Below are positions 28,300 through 38,351 of a stretch of 64,000 nt of DNA, in pieces. Origin of the DNA: a virus (Duplodnaviria > Caudoviricetes); IMG/VR virus record IMGVR_UViG_2775506840_000002, positions 27,928 to 91,927 of that record, one strand, 5' to 3'. Under the pieces are notes generated by a model, which was not told where the DNA came from, did no database searches, and worked only from the letters and a program-made list of their open reading frames with translations. The stretch's first letter is position 1; each line of letters starts with the position of its first letter. A program made the position numbers and the translations under genes.

Positions 28300-28829
28300 T
28301 TAAGCACCTCCTCTCTCATTTCCCTATGTCTCATTTCTTTAAGCTGCCTATGTGTATATCGTTTTAACTTCTTATGCTGATTGTATCTAAGTTCTACAGT
28401 AATGAGTAAATTGGCCGGAGCCATTTTCCTTAATAGATTCCTAGCTTCATCTTCCATCCTTTTTACTGTGAGCTCTACTCTAACAAACATCGTATACTCA
28501 TTAGAGTTAAGTTGTACACTAAACCCATCCTCACCACAAAGTTGTGTTAGACGTTCTATCATACTTCTATATGTATAAGGTAATCCGTCTCCCCACTTAC
28601 TAAGCACTCTAAATCGTCTACTTTCTAGCGTATCATCTGCAAATGGTATAAGGTTAAGTATCTTTTCCCTACGTGCAATCCCTTCTTCTGTAGCTGTTTG
28701 TATAAACTGGTCATTAATAATATTACTCAGTTCATCATTTACCTTTTTTATTTCTCCATCTTCAACGACACCTATTGATTCAAATTCTTTTATATTTTGT
28801 ATAGCTTCAATCCAATAGTCTTTTATCAT
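28296..28829 (-). CDS. Baseplate protein (DUF2313/YmfQ-like)
   Basis: QTATEEGI.R.E, TLESRR, PANL. Confidence 0.8.
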   Translation of the reverse strand: MIKDYWIEAIQNIKEFESIGVVEDGEIKKVNDELSNIINDQFIQTATEEGIARREKILNLIPFADDTLESRRFRVLSKWGDGLPYTYRSMIERLTQLCGEDGFSVQLNSNEYTMFVRVELTVKRMEDEARNLLRKMAPANLLITVELRYNQHKKLKRYTHRQLKEMRHREMREEVLK

Positions 28830-29884
28830 ACTTTTGTCACCGTCCCCAACTTTGGTATACTGTTAGGTTGTAAGATTAGGTTATTTAATGAACTGTTTAT
28901 CTTAGTAAACTGAACATCTAATACACCAGTAACCTGAAGGATACGTGTTTCTATATGCGCGATTCTTACTACTATGTTTTCTGCATTCTCCCATGTACTA
29001 GATAACTGAGTTAGATATTCATCTATAGCCTTATCTATATACGGCTTTACATCTTCCCAAGTATGGATATCTAGAAGAGTAATATTACTTTCAACATTTA
29101 CAACCATTTCATCTACTGCCTGAACAGTTACAACATGCCCTATAGGTGCTATCCCTACCCCTTTGCCTTGATTTTGTGTAGGATCTATCAGTGTTTGCAC
29201 CTGGTTAATTAATTCATTGTTAGGCTTCTTGTATTCTGAGTTAATAACTACTAACTTAACAGTTCCACCACCATTCCAAGTAGGGTAAACCTTTGTGCCA
29301 CCTATGCCTTTAACCTGATTTGTTCTTTGCTTGTAATCAGCAATATTTCCACCAAACGCTTCATTCTCTATGCTGCTAAAATATCTCTTACGTAATGCTT
29401 CATCATCTTCTATATCTTCTCCTGGTATGATTATGTCTAATAGCATCGCACTTGTTAATCCATCTATATTGTCTAGTGGAATCAACGATCCTGAATAGAT
29501 GTTTCCAACTTTTCCAAGCTGCTCACATTTTAATTCATATTCAAAGCCTACTATTTGTTTAATTACTTGATACGTAGTATCTTCAAAAGCAAATCTGCTA
29601 CCTATAGGAATTTCTATATTGAATTTCCCTTTTCTAATAGCATTTGTTGCCTGTTCCCTGTACACACCACGTTCACTACACCTTTTTGTAAGGAAATCAC
29701 CTGTACTAGTATCTGCATAGGTTAACTCAAGAACATTTTTAAGTTCCATATACACTTGAACTAGCTCAAAACAGGCAGGTGCTATTGCATCATAAATCAA
29801 TGTGCCTTCACCTTTGTAAATTTCATCAGGTACTTTACTCAAACATCTATTAAGCAATTCTTCATACGTTGGTACGTTTATCAT
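28826..29884 (-). CDS. Baseplate J/XkdT protein
   Basis: G.DIEDDEALR.R, GGN..DY, WNGGGTVK, APIG. Confidence 0.9.
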   Translation of the reverse strand: MINVPTYEELLNRCLSKVPDEIYKGEGTLIYDAIAPACFELVQVYMELKNVLELTYADTSTGDFLTKRCSERGVYREQATNAIRKGKFNIEIPIGSRFAFEDTTYQVIKQIVGFEYELKCEQLGKVGNIYSGSLIPLDNIDGLTSAMLLDIIIPGEDIEDDEALRKRYFSSIENEAFGGNIADYKQRTNQVKGIGGTKVYPTWNGGGTVKLVVINSEYKKPNNELINQVQTLIDPTQNQGKGVGIAPIGHVVTVQAVDEMVVNVESNITLLDIHTWEDVKPYIDKAIDEYLTQLSSTWENAENIVVRIAHIETRILQVTGVLDVQFTKINSSLNNLILQPNSIPKLGTVTKV

Positions 29885-30284
29885 GTATATGCACCTCCCC
29901 AAACTCTGTAACAACTGTAAAATCACATGTTAGTAATGTCTTTTCAAATGTTACATGAAAATTATTAATTTCTTTGATGTACTCATTAACTAACAAGGCT
30001 TCTTTGATATATCGTTCTACTTCACTTTCGATAAACTCTCTATCAAAATTCTTGCTAATTAATTCCTCTAGCTCTACGCCATGATCCCAAGTATAAATAA
30101 GATATTTATATCTTTCTGTCATGAGCGCTTTATAAATCCACACTTTAATTGCTTCTTTACCTTTTACTGTTCTGCCTGTTAACTTGCCTGTTTCAAAGTC
30201 AATGCCGTATTCAATAGGTATTCTCTTTTCATCTAAAATTGCCTCTTGCGGTTCCTGTTGATTTATGAAAGGGAATAAACTCAT
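29862..30284 (-). CDS. XkdS/DUF2634 baseplate wedge protein
   Basis: EAIKVWIYKALMTERY..IY..G.E. Confidence 0.85.
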   Translation of the reverse strand: MSLFPFINQQEPQEAILDEKRIPIEYGIDFETGKLTGRTVKGKEAIKVWIYKALMTERYKYLIYTWDHGVELEELISKNFDREFIESEVERYIKEALLVNEYIKEINNFHVTFEKTLLTCDFTVVTEFGEVHIHDKRTNV

Positions 30285-30775
30285 ACCAAGCTCACCACCT
30301 TGCATAACACGATATAAAGCTGCTCACCATCCATAGGCATTAGTGCTAGTGAGTCACCTTTTTTCAAATAACCTTTATACTCTACTTCTGATTCTCCATC
30401 TAATGTATATTGTCCACTTGATTCACATGCACCAGATAAAGTTGCTTCATTATTGATAGCATGATCATGACTAGCAAAAGAATCATCGCCAGATCCACCG
30501 GATGTATTTTGCGTACTGGATGACAAAGTACCACTCATACTGGACTCACCACTATTTACAAGAGTACCTTTTGAAGATACTTTAAGGCTTCTTTTGTAAC
30601 CTTCAACTAGGAAGTCATCTATAAGAAAATCATCAGGATCTAATATCAATTCATCAACTTTTATTTTTAAAGGGGACTCTGAGATAACTTCGCCCAAACA
30701 AATAGAAGGTGGATTTGATTTCGCACCTTCTGTCTGCATCATTGAGATTATCCCTGAGTATGGATCATCATTCAT
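30281..30775 (-). CDS. XkdR/DUF2577 baseplate protein
   Basis: GEVIS..PL.I, H-D-H, LKKGD. Confidence 0.8.
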   Translation of the reverse strand: MNDDPYSGIISMMQTEGAKSNPPSICLGEVISESPLKIKVDELILDPDDFLIDDFLVEGYKRSLKVSSKGTLVNSGESSMSGTLSSSTQNTSGGSGDDSFASHDHAINNEATLSGACESSGQYTLDGESEVEYKGYLKKGDSLALMPMDGEQLYIVLCKVVSLV

Positions 30776-30786
30776 ATACCCACCTC

Positions 30787-31746
30787 CTATTTTTCATCCA
30801 TAATATTTTTAAAGTTTAAATTCAGCTTCATAATATGTTGTCCATTGGACCATGTGTGTGTATCGCTATCAATATAGAATACGCCTGTTAGCCCACTTGC
30901 ACTATCTTTAAGTTGAATACCATTCCCTGTAACACAATCAACATAGCCTAGTGCTGTGACATTAACAGTTTTTTGAACATCTACGAGCATTGATTGTGCA
31001 ACAGTTTTGGCTTGCTTATCTTTTTCTTTCGTATAAATATTTTGCAGTAATCCATACTTTTTAATCCACTCAGCATTTTCAACCATTCCAATATCGTTAC
31101 CTTTGCCATCATAAATGCGTACCCTATTCACCATGTTCTCAATACTTTCAGTATAGCCACTGTCAATGATATTACTTTCGTCCGATAGCATGAATGTACT
31201 CATAACAGCACCAATTTCTATAACGTCTAGTTTGCCATCTCTCATTTTGGCCATATACTTTTTATTATTCTGCTTACTTGCTCCTGTATAGGCACTCATA
31301 AAAATATCATAAAGATATTTGTTATTTGCTTTTATATCTTGCTTAATTCCAGTCTTAACAATATTTCCTATAGGTATTAAGAAGTCATTACATATGGTTC
31401 TCGTAATTTCTTCTGCAGTTTTCTTTTTGAAGTTATATACGCCTCTGTTTTTAATTGCATAGATTAAATGATCATACGCAGTCACATTAACTGTACTTGC
31501 TTGACCAGCTCTAGTATTTAAAAAAACAAACCCTTTAAATAATAGTTTCCCATCATCATTAAAGAGTTTTAATATACTGCCATTCTTAATATAAAGATCT
31601 GGTATGTTCTTATCTAATACACTATTAATTAAATCTATATCTAATCTTCTAGCGACTTGATTCTTGCTTCCTGTCCAAGTTATTTTACCTATGTAATGTG
31701 TAATATCACTGTATAAATCCTCTTGATGTAAATATACTTTAGGCAT
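30787..31746 (-). CDS. XkdQ-like baseplate hub protein
   Basis: AYD.L.Y, YGLLQ, DTHTW; gene order. Confidence 0.8.
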   Translation of the reverse strand: MPKVYLHQEDLYSDITHYIGKITWTGSKNQVARRLDIDLINSVLDKNIPDLYIKNGSILKLFNDDGKLLFKGFVFLNTRAGQASTVNVTAYDHLIYAIKNRGVYNFKKKTAEEITRTICNDFLIPIGNIVKTGIKQDIKANNKYLYDIFMSAYTGASKQNNKKYMAKMRDGKLDVIEIGAVMSTFMLSDESNIIDSGYTESIENMVNRVRIYDGKGNDIGMVENAEWIKKYGLLQNIYTKEKDKQAKTVAQSMLVDVQKTVNVTALGYVDCVTGNGIQLKDSASGLTGVFYIDSDTHTWSNGQHIMKLNLNFKNIMDEK

Positions 31747-32384
31747 TAGATCAACACCACCGTTCCTTTAACTAGGTCCATGCCCTTATGCTGGTCTACT
31801 TTATTCGTTTTTGCTATAGCATTGGCATTACTCATGCTACCAGTAGCTTTTTTCGCTACCGTATACATGTTATCCCCTTTTTGAGCTTTTTGTGTAGAAG
31901 GTATAGGTTTAGTTTCTCTTTTAGTTGCTGGAACAGTAATTTTAGCACCATTAGAGGTTGTAATTTCTGTAGGTTTAACTTGCTTTGTAAAGACATATTC
32001 CCTAAGTTCTAGCACAAAGTAAACATCTCTAGTCCCATCTTGTTCTGAAAATGTAAAGTTCTCAATAGTCATGGCATAATTAACCGATGTTCCTGTAATA
32101 ATTAACCGGATAGGTTTACCTGAATCCCTCCACTTTTGAATCATCTTTACACATTCATAAGGTTTAGGAAATCCTGTATACTTACAAAAATAATATTCCT
32201 GTGCGGGGAAAAAGCTTGATAGTGAAATGGATGCAAGGCCTTTTTTACCTATCAAGTTTATTTCTCCTAGTGAATTTATATTGATAACGGTATTATTATG
32301 TCTTTGTGATAATTCAAATTCACCAGGTATAACAGGCAATCTTAATTGTTCTTCATTGTTGTTATATGATAAATAAAAGTCCAT
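31746..32384 (-). CDS. XkdP-like LysM tail protein
   Basis: LPV.P, LSSFFP, ELREY, C-terminal LysM-like. Confidence 0.8.
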   Translation of the reverse strand: MDFYLSYNNNEEQLRLPVIPGEFELSQRHNNTVININSLGEINLIGKKGLASISLSSFFPAQEYYFCKYTGFPKPYECVKMIQKWRDSGKPIRLIITGTSVNYAMTIENFTFSEQDGTRDVYFVLELREYVFTKQVKPTEITTSNGAKITVPATKRETKPIPSTQKAQKGDNMYTVAKKATGSMSNANAIAKTNKVDQHKGMDLVKGTVVLI

Positions 32385-32393
32385 ACGCTCCTC

Positions 32394-34457
32394 CTATCCC
32401 ATTGATGTATTCATTGAATGCTTTGCTAGATTCATATATAAAAGGTTAGCCACCTTCTCGATATCTGCTTCTTCTCTTACAGTCATTGAAGCTATATTTA
32501 TATTAACGCCACCTGAAACTTTTGCATTATCTTCTTGATCTGCTTGCACTTTTGTTTTTATTCGTTCACCTTCATGCACACGCACAAGCATATCATTTCT
32601 TGGCACTCTATCTAATCCTGTGGCATATCCAGCAACCGACTTAGTGTCTATACCTCCAAAAGTATTTGTCCCATTGCCTGTAAATTTATCTTTAAATTTT
32701 TGTACAAATGTTCCATGCTCTTTCGTAAGTTCAGAAACCTGCGGGGAATAAAGTCCAGAGGCTGTTAATTTTTCAATAACACTTGCATAACCCTCTGAAA
32801 ATTTCTCAGCCATCTTTTCTCCAAATATAAGATATTCATTATTAAGTGCTACATCCTCTTGGATATTTTGAATAACATTCATTTGTGACTCTCTTAACTT
32901 CTGCATACCCTCGCCCTTTTGATAATTCACTTCGGCTTCTGTCTTTGCACTAAAGATAATTTCACCCATTTTGGCACCATCACCAGCTGCTTCTGCTTCT
33001 GAGAATTCACTTGTTTTCATAGCATTATTAATAGCATCTACAATACTTTTTTGATGTTGATTCTCTAAATCTGCTTGGAATTCACCTATTAAACTATAAG
33101 CTTTTTCCATTTCTTCCCGCATGGGACCATTTAATATGCCTAGTTCTTGTTCAATACCCTCTTTACGCTTTTCTGTATAGCCTTTGCCCATTGCACTATC
33201 TAGCTGTGCCCATGAATCACTTAATGTAGATACTAGACCTGAGTAAGTTTCTGACTGTTTAGCCATATTGCCTTCAAACTCTTTACCCATTGCATCTACA
33301 ATGATTTGAGAAGCTTTAGCACCATCTATAGTGCCTTTGCTAATCATTTCATAAATCTCTTTATTAGATTTGCCAAGTGCTTCTGCTAAATAATCTATAG
33401 CAGGGATTGCTCTTTCCGAAAGCTGATTAATATATTCCAAACTTGTTTTTCCGCTAGATTTCATTCGGCCCAATGCTGTTGCTACAACATTTTGCCCCTC
33501 TTTATCTATATCTAAGGCACTCGATGCATCTCCTATCTTTGTCATGAAAGGTATGATTTCTTCTTGCTTATACTTATAACTTAGCAATACTTTCGATGTA
33601 TCTAATAAATCATTCATTTCAAAAGGCGTCTTTGCGCTAAACTGTTGAATGTCCTTTAAAAACTTATCTGCATGCTCAGCTCCGCCAAGTAATGTCCCAT
33701 ATGAAATCATATCGGTTTCACGTTTTGCTGCTAGACCTCGTCCATTTACTAGACTTTCTTCTTGCTCTTCATTAAATTTTTGATAAATGCGTTGTACTTC
33801 TCCAGTAAAGTTTTCATCTTGTCTTTGTCGCTTCTCTGTTCCAGATGTTATACCTCCAGCAAGTCCACCTACTGCTGCTCCTATTGCAATACCAGCTGGT
33901 CCTGCTACTGATCCTAGTGCAGCCCCTGTTGCAGCACCCCCAACAACGCCATTAATCATGCTACCTGTGTTCACACCGAACATAGAGGTTATTTCTTGAC
34001 TAATTCTTCCAGTAAAAGCATTCCCTATCATACCTGCTAGACCAGCACTCGCTATACTCTTCAACCAAGAAGATTGTTGCCCCTCCATTGTTTTATTAAA
34101 ATTCTTGGACTTGTTCATATCATCCATTAGTTGCTTTTCTGCTTTGCTTGCTTCTTTGGCTGCTTGTGATAATCTTCTATATTCTTCTTGCAAATCTTCA
34201 AGAGCACGTTGCTTCTCTTTAAAAGCTTGTTCAGAACCTGAAACATTCTCTTTTACTGCTTTTTCAAGTTCCTTAAGCTCTTGCTTTGCTTTAGTCATAT
34301 CAAATTTAACTTCAGTTCTTTTATCAAATGCTTGTGATTGTATTTTCCTATACTCTGATACATCCCTAGATAATCCACCTACAGACTTTCGCATAGATTG
34401 AACTGAATGTGTCAAATTATCACTAGCTTTAAATGCTATGGATACGTCTTTGCTCAC
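32394..34457 (-). CDS. Tape measure protein
   Basis: FSAKTPF, QLSERAIP; GTG start with AAGGAGG RBS. Confidence 0.85.
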   Translation of the reverse strand: MSKDVSIAFKASDNLTHSVQSMRKSVGGLSRDVSEYRKIQSQAFDKRTEVKFDMTKAKQELKELEKAVKENVSGSEQAFKEKQRALEDLQEEYRRLSQAAKEASKAEKQLMDDMNKSKNFNKTMEGQQSSWLKSIASAGLAGMIGNAFTGRISQEITSMFGVNTGSMINGVVGGAATGAALGSVAGPAGIAIGAAVGGLAGGITSGTEKRQRQDENFTGEVQRIYQKFNEEQEESLVNGRGLAAKRETDMISYGTLLGGAEHADKFLKDIQQFSAKTPFEMNDLLDTSKVLLSYKYKQEEIIPFMTKIGDASSALDIDKEGQNVVATALGRMKSSGKTSLEYINQLSERAIPAIDYLAEALGKSNKEIYEMISKGTIDGAKASQIIVDAMGKEFEGNMAKQSETYSGLVSTLSDSWAQLDSAMGKGYTEKRKEGIEQELGILNGPMREEMEKAYSLIGEFQADLENQHQKSIVDAINNAMKTSEFSEAEAAGDGAKMGEIIFSAKTEAEVNYQKGEGMQKLRESQMNVIQNIQEDVALNNEYLIFGEKMAEKFSEGYASVIEKLTASGLYSPQVSELTKEHGTFVQKFKDKFTGNGTNTFGGIDTKSVAGYATGLDRVPRNDMLVRVHEGERIKTKVQADQEDNAKVSGGVNINIASMTVREEADIEKVANLLYMNLAKHSMNTSMG

Positions 34458-34479
34458 CTTCCCCCTCCTTTTTATAGAT

Positions 34480-34644
34480 TTACCAAGGCCTTTGTCTACT
34501 TTCAACTTCTATTATGTACATTGCTCTTAAAATCTTAAGTTCACCAGCTGGCATATTGTATACTTTGGAAGGCTCCCACCCATGCTTCACCCATGCATAG
34601 TACATAAGGTTAGCTATTGTATTGCCTTCCTCTAGAAGTTTTTT
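34480..34644 (-). CDS. Tail chaperone -1 frameshift extension
   Basis: A AAA AAC at 34638-34644; -1 frame open through MYYAWVKHGWEPS. Confidence 0.65.
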   Translation of the reverse strand, partial: KKLLEEGNTIANLMYYAWVKHGWEPSKVYNMPAGELKILRAMYIIEVESRQRPW

Positions 34645-35018
34645 ACTTCTTTTACTACATCTCTTCCATAACCACTCAATGTATTGATTTCCAAGAAAAG
34701 TGAATATACTTCGCCCGGTTTTAAGATTTTTTTAAGTAAGTCTTTAGGTGTAGATGCTCCAAACTTATCCATCAATTCTTTGTTGTTAAACCTTTTACCT
34801 TCAATCCTGCATGATTCAATCACAGTATTGTATTTTGTTTCTGTATGGTTGTTACTAATTTCACTCACATGATCAACCTGTTCATCTGTAAGTGCATGGC
34901 AAGTAATTACAAACTTTTCACCAAGTATCTTAGACAATCTTTTAATTTCATAATCTTTCTTGTTATTCTCTTCAAACTTTTTTGCATCTGTTTCCAATAA
35001 TAAATCAATAATACTCAT
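34632..35018 (-). CDS. XkdN-like tail assembly chaperone
   Basis: LKPGEV...LSGY; between tube and TMP. Confidence 0.85.
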   Translation of the reverse strand: MSIIDLLLETDAKKFEENNKKDYEIKRLSKILGEKFVITCHALTDEQVDHVSEISNNHTETKYNTVIESCRIEGKRFNNKELMDKFGASTPKDLLKKILKPGEVYSLFLEINTLSGYGRDVVKEVKNF

Positions 35019-35058
35019 ATCTGCCTCCTTATATTTAGAAGGCTAGGAATTCCTAGCC

Positions 35059-35499
35059 TTATTCTGGTTGAATGATATCTAAATAATCCCAATCTGTAAA
35101 AGTAAAGTTTTGTGTAATCGTTCCAATTTGATTAGCTGTCCAGTCTGCAAGTGTAAGTGTACTAAACTGACAATCTTTTAATACTACCCTTTCAGCGCCT
35201 TCTGCATCTGGATCGTCTAATTTACTAATAATAGTAAACACTGGTGTTTTGCCCTTTTTAATCATATCTGAAAGCTTAATGGCCATACGTGAATTGGTTT
35301 TTGTCATTGTGATTGATCCATTTCCATTGGAACCACTTACTTTTTTATGCTTACTTAATGTTCCACACATCGGAACATCTAAAAAATCTAATGAGATTTC
35401 TGCTTTTAATCCAGTAGCTTCACGTACTAACTCACCTTCTAACCAAACTTCTCCAAATGTACCATTAATAGCTTTTCTTGCATCATACCCTTTGCGCAT
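35059..35499 (-). CDS. XkdM-like tail tube protein
   Basis: INGTFGEVW, SKLDDPDA.G.ERV. Confidence 0.9.
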   Translation of the reverse strand: MRKGYDARKAINGTFGEVWLEGELVREATGLKAEISLDFLDVPMCGTLSKHKKVSGSNGNGSITMTKTNSRMAIKLSDMIKKGKTPVFTIISKLDDPDAEGAERVVLKDCQFSTLTLADWTANQIGTITQNFTFTDWDYLDIIQPE

Positions 35500-35513
35500 A
35501 TATACTCACCACC

Positions 35514-36563
35514 TTAAATATTGAAATTAATTTTAATGTCTTCTATTGCATTAAGAATTTTAAAGTTAGATGCCAAGAACACAAACGTCTGTGTATTAGC
35601 CTCTTTGATTTCTTTTTCTGACATATCATCTACTAGTTGCCCTTTACCTTTTAGATAATTGATTTGTGCCTCCATATCAATACCTGTAGTAATATTTTCA
35701 TCCAACAACTCATCATTTCTAAGCGCCTCTAAGTAGGCTTGAATAGATACAATCAAGTTACATTTGTTGTCATAGTTATTGGCAAACTTCCCAATATAGC
35801 TATCTTCGCATGTTCTGCGAATATCTGAATAGATTAGATCCATAATATCTACAATCTTAATAGATTTATAATCCTCACTCTTAGTTGCTCCTACAGTTGT
35901 TAAACTGTTTACAGCTCTACCTACTTTTACCTTTTCGCCATCATGGAAAATAATAAATTCTCCTGCATCAATTTTCTTGTCTAGATCTGACTTTATAAAC
36001 TTTGGCACATCGTCAACCTCTGATAGATGATAATAGGTAGCACTTTGCTGCAATGGTGTACCAGCTAATAGTCCTGCAATACGTGAACAATACTGTGCCG
36101 CTGTAAATGTTGCTTTGCCTACTTCAATATTATCTGTTGTAAAGTTGATGATACCTTCGTGATCTGCCTTAGTATTTGGCAAAATAGCTTTTACTTTAAT
36201 GCCTTTGTTATCTCGTAAACCTTTAATAAAATTAGCAATCTTTGTAGCATTCTCAGCTGTAATATCATGTGGGCCTACTACATAATCAAACTTAAGAGGC
36301 TCTAATGTATTTAACCCATTCTCAATAGTATCTGTTACAATCAAAACTACTCCTTTTACAGGCTTAATGCCTCCTAAGAATGTTCTTTCAATATAAGCCT
36401 TGTTCTCTTCTGTAAGTCCTTTTGGAACCTGTGTAGCATCTTCTAGCTTCGTTACGCCTACTTCAGTATCTATAATAATAATTGCTACAATTCCGCGATC
36501 ACCACGTTTAATAGCTGTACTTGCCTTTGATTTAAATTCAATCAGTATATTTGGTAAACCCAT
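35514..36563 (-). CDS. XkdK-like tail sheath protein
   Basis: MGLPNI.I.F, SRIAG, RAVNSL, YIGK..N. Confidence 0.9.
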   Translation of the reverse strand: MGLPNILIEFKSKASTAIKRGDRGIVAIIIIDTEVGVTKLEDATQVPKGLTEENKAYIERTFLGGIKPVKGVVLIVTDTIENGLNTLEPLKFDYVVGPHDITAENATKIANFIKGLRDNKGIKVKAILPNTKADHEGIINFTTDNIEVGKATFTAAQYCSRIAGLLAGTPLQQSATYYHLSEVDDVPKFIKSDLDKKIDAGEFIIFHDGEKVKVGRAVNSLTTVGATKSEDYKSIKIVDIMDLIYSDIRRTCEDSYIGKFANNYDNKCNLIVSIQAYLEALRNDELLDENITTGIDMEAQINYLKGKGQLVDDMSEKEIKEANTQTFVFLASNFKILNAIEDIKINFNI

Positions 36564-37030
36564 TATACGATTTCCTCCTTGTTTATATAAATTTTCTGCA
36601 TCATTTCTCTAGCCTGTTCTTCATCATATTTAGTGTCTACTAAGCCATCTTTAAACTTGAATGCCATATTGATAGTCAACTGGCCATCTGCTTCACCAAA
36701 TGAATATTCAAAGTTTAGATACCTATCTCCAACTTGAACAAAAAAGCAACTTAGACATCTTCTAAGCTGCTCCATTACTTTCAACTTTTCTTCATAGTCA
36801 CTTATTCCATATAGGTCTTTATCCCCAAAATAAATGATCTGCAAATCTAGTTTTACATCTTTTGTATACTTTGTTTGCCTGGTGTCACTATTGAATACCA
36901 TTCTATACAAAAAGCATGGCGGACTATAATCTTCAGGTAGATTAAAATAATGTTCAGACTGTGGTACTTGTTCCCTAATCTTCTTGATGATTGCATAAAT
37001 AACATTTAGTACATTAACCAAATATCTCAC
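36563..37030 (-). CDS. Tail terminator-like protein
   Basis: PPCF motif, gene order. Confidence 0.65.
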   Translation of the reverse strand: MRYLVNVLNVIYAIIKKIREQVPQSEHYFNLPEDYSPPCFLYRMVFNSDTRQTKYTKDVKLDLQIIYFGDKDLYGISDYEEKLKVMEQLRRCLSCFFVQVGDRYLNFEYSFGEADGQLTINMAFKFKDGLVDTKYDEEQAREMMQKIYINKEEIV

Positions 37031-37409
37031 CCACCAAATTATTTATCATTTCTTCACCACTTCTTTCTAGTTCATCGGCCAGTTCATTGATTGCATTTCT
37101 ATACATATGCTTTCCACTTACCCAGCCTACTACTTTCCCATTTCGTACAACCTTATGTCCATTTTCTATAAGATGCATATGGGGCGCTCTTAAGTGGTTA
37201 CATCTAACAGCTACATAACCACCACCAGAACCCTGTACCTTTACAACGCCTTTTTTAAGATCGCCACTTTTTTCATCTACTGCTGCTTCAATATTTGCGA
37301 TTACTTTTCTATAGAGTTTATCTCCATTTCTAACAATAAGCTTTTTTCTGGCTTCTGGAAATTCCTTTAGTAGCCTTTCAAATTGTTTGTCTAAACCATC
37401 TAATTCCAT
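37014..37409 (-). CDS. HK97 gp10-like neck protein
   Basis: SGDLK, HLIENGH, V.GKHM. Confidence 0.8.
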   Translation of the reverse strand: MELDGLDKQFERLLKEFPEARKKLIVRNGDKLYRKVIANIEAAVDEKSGDLKKGVVKVQGSGGGYVAVRCNHLRAPHMHLIENGHKVVRNGKVVGWVSGKHMYRNAINELADELERSGEEMINNLVGEIFG

Positions 37410-37732
37410 TAAATCACCTCAGTAGCTTTAATCTTTAGTATTTCATTTTTATAAAGCACATTGTCAACGTGTACGATATTAAAAGCCTTACCTTTGTATA
37501 TGATTCTATCTTTGACTGTTAGGTCTTTACATGATCCATACCGTATAATAAATACTACTGTATTTTCAGCATTGTAGTTTTTAGCTGTCCAATACTCTTT
37601 GCCGGATAATCCATTCATAGAACACCATATTGTTTTTAAGTCATACCATTCGGTCTTAGTAATACCATTGGCATCTTCTTGCTTTCCGGACCTTTGGATT
37701 GTAATTCGTTTGTTTAGTTTCCCAAATTGCAT
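37409..37732 (-). CDS. Head-tail adaptor/closure protein
   Basis: GKLNKRITI, IW, F.IRY. Confidence 0.85.
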   Translation of the reverse strand: MQFGKLNKRITIQRSGKQEDANGITKTEWYDLKTIWCSMNGLSGKEYWTAKNYNAENTVVFIIRYGSCKDLTVKDRIIYKGKAFNIVHVDNVLYKNEILKIKATEVI

Positions 37733-38064
37733 TAGACTACCTCTGCGCTGACATTCTTAAGTTGAATAATAATACTTGTTAGGCTATGTTCTAGTTCTTT
37801 TGAAATAGTGCCAGTTATTACTGTACTTCTATTCTCGTACCAGCTACCAACTATCATAAATACCGCCAATTTATATAATTCGTAGTTGTCAGCATCCCTT
37901 TTAACCGATTCTACTTTTACACCAGCATTTTTCAGATAAGCGAATCCCGCTTTCATTTGTAGAGTGATGATGTGATCATCTTCATCATCCTCTACTTTTA
38001 GGTGCTCTTTCAAATATGCTTTTATTTCTGCTTCATGATCTTCTACAGTTTTAACTTCTTTCAT
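37732..38064 (-). CDS. Head-tail connector (gp6-like)
   Basis: K.HLKV..DD, WYENR, IIIQL. Confidence 0.85.
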   Translation of the reverse strand: MKEVKTVEDHEAEIKAYLKEHLKVEDDEDDHIITLQMKAGFAYLKNAGVKVESVKRDADNYELYKLAVFMIVGSWYENRSTVITGTISKELEHSLTSIIIQLKNVSAEVV

Positions 38065-38075
38065 GAGCGATACCT

Positions 38076-38351
38076 CTATTCTTCAATACTTATTGTCGCA
38101 TCAGATTTACTTCCATCGTCCATGATAAACTCAATCACATTTTGTCCACTTTCTAAAGACTCTAAGTAATTACTTTCAAACTTAACACCTTCTGAAGATG
38201 TTGTGTAGTTTCCTGTCTTATTAATCTTTTTTCCATTTACATTAATAGATTTAAGCTTTGCCCCTTCTTTTTGTTCCACTGTAAAAGCTACATCCTCTGG
38301 GGCATTCCTAGTGAATGTAGCTTGAATTGTTGGTATTACAGTGTTATCTAT
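38076..38351 (-). CDS. Ig-like (X2-type) domain, predicted -1 frameshift extension of capsid protein
   Basis: -1 frame open from A9 run 38351-38359 to 38076; YL..L..G..I.F..G motif. Confidence 0.65.
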   Translation of the reverse strand: MDNTVIPTIQATFTRNAPEDVAFTVEQKEGAKLKSINVNGKKINKTGNYTTSSEGVKFESNYLESLESGQNVIEFIMDDGSKSDATISIEE

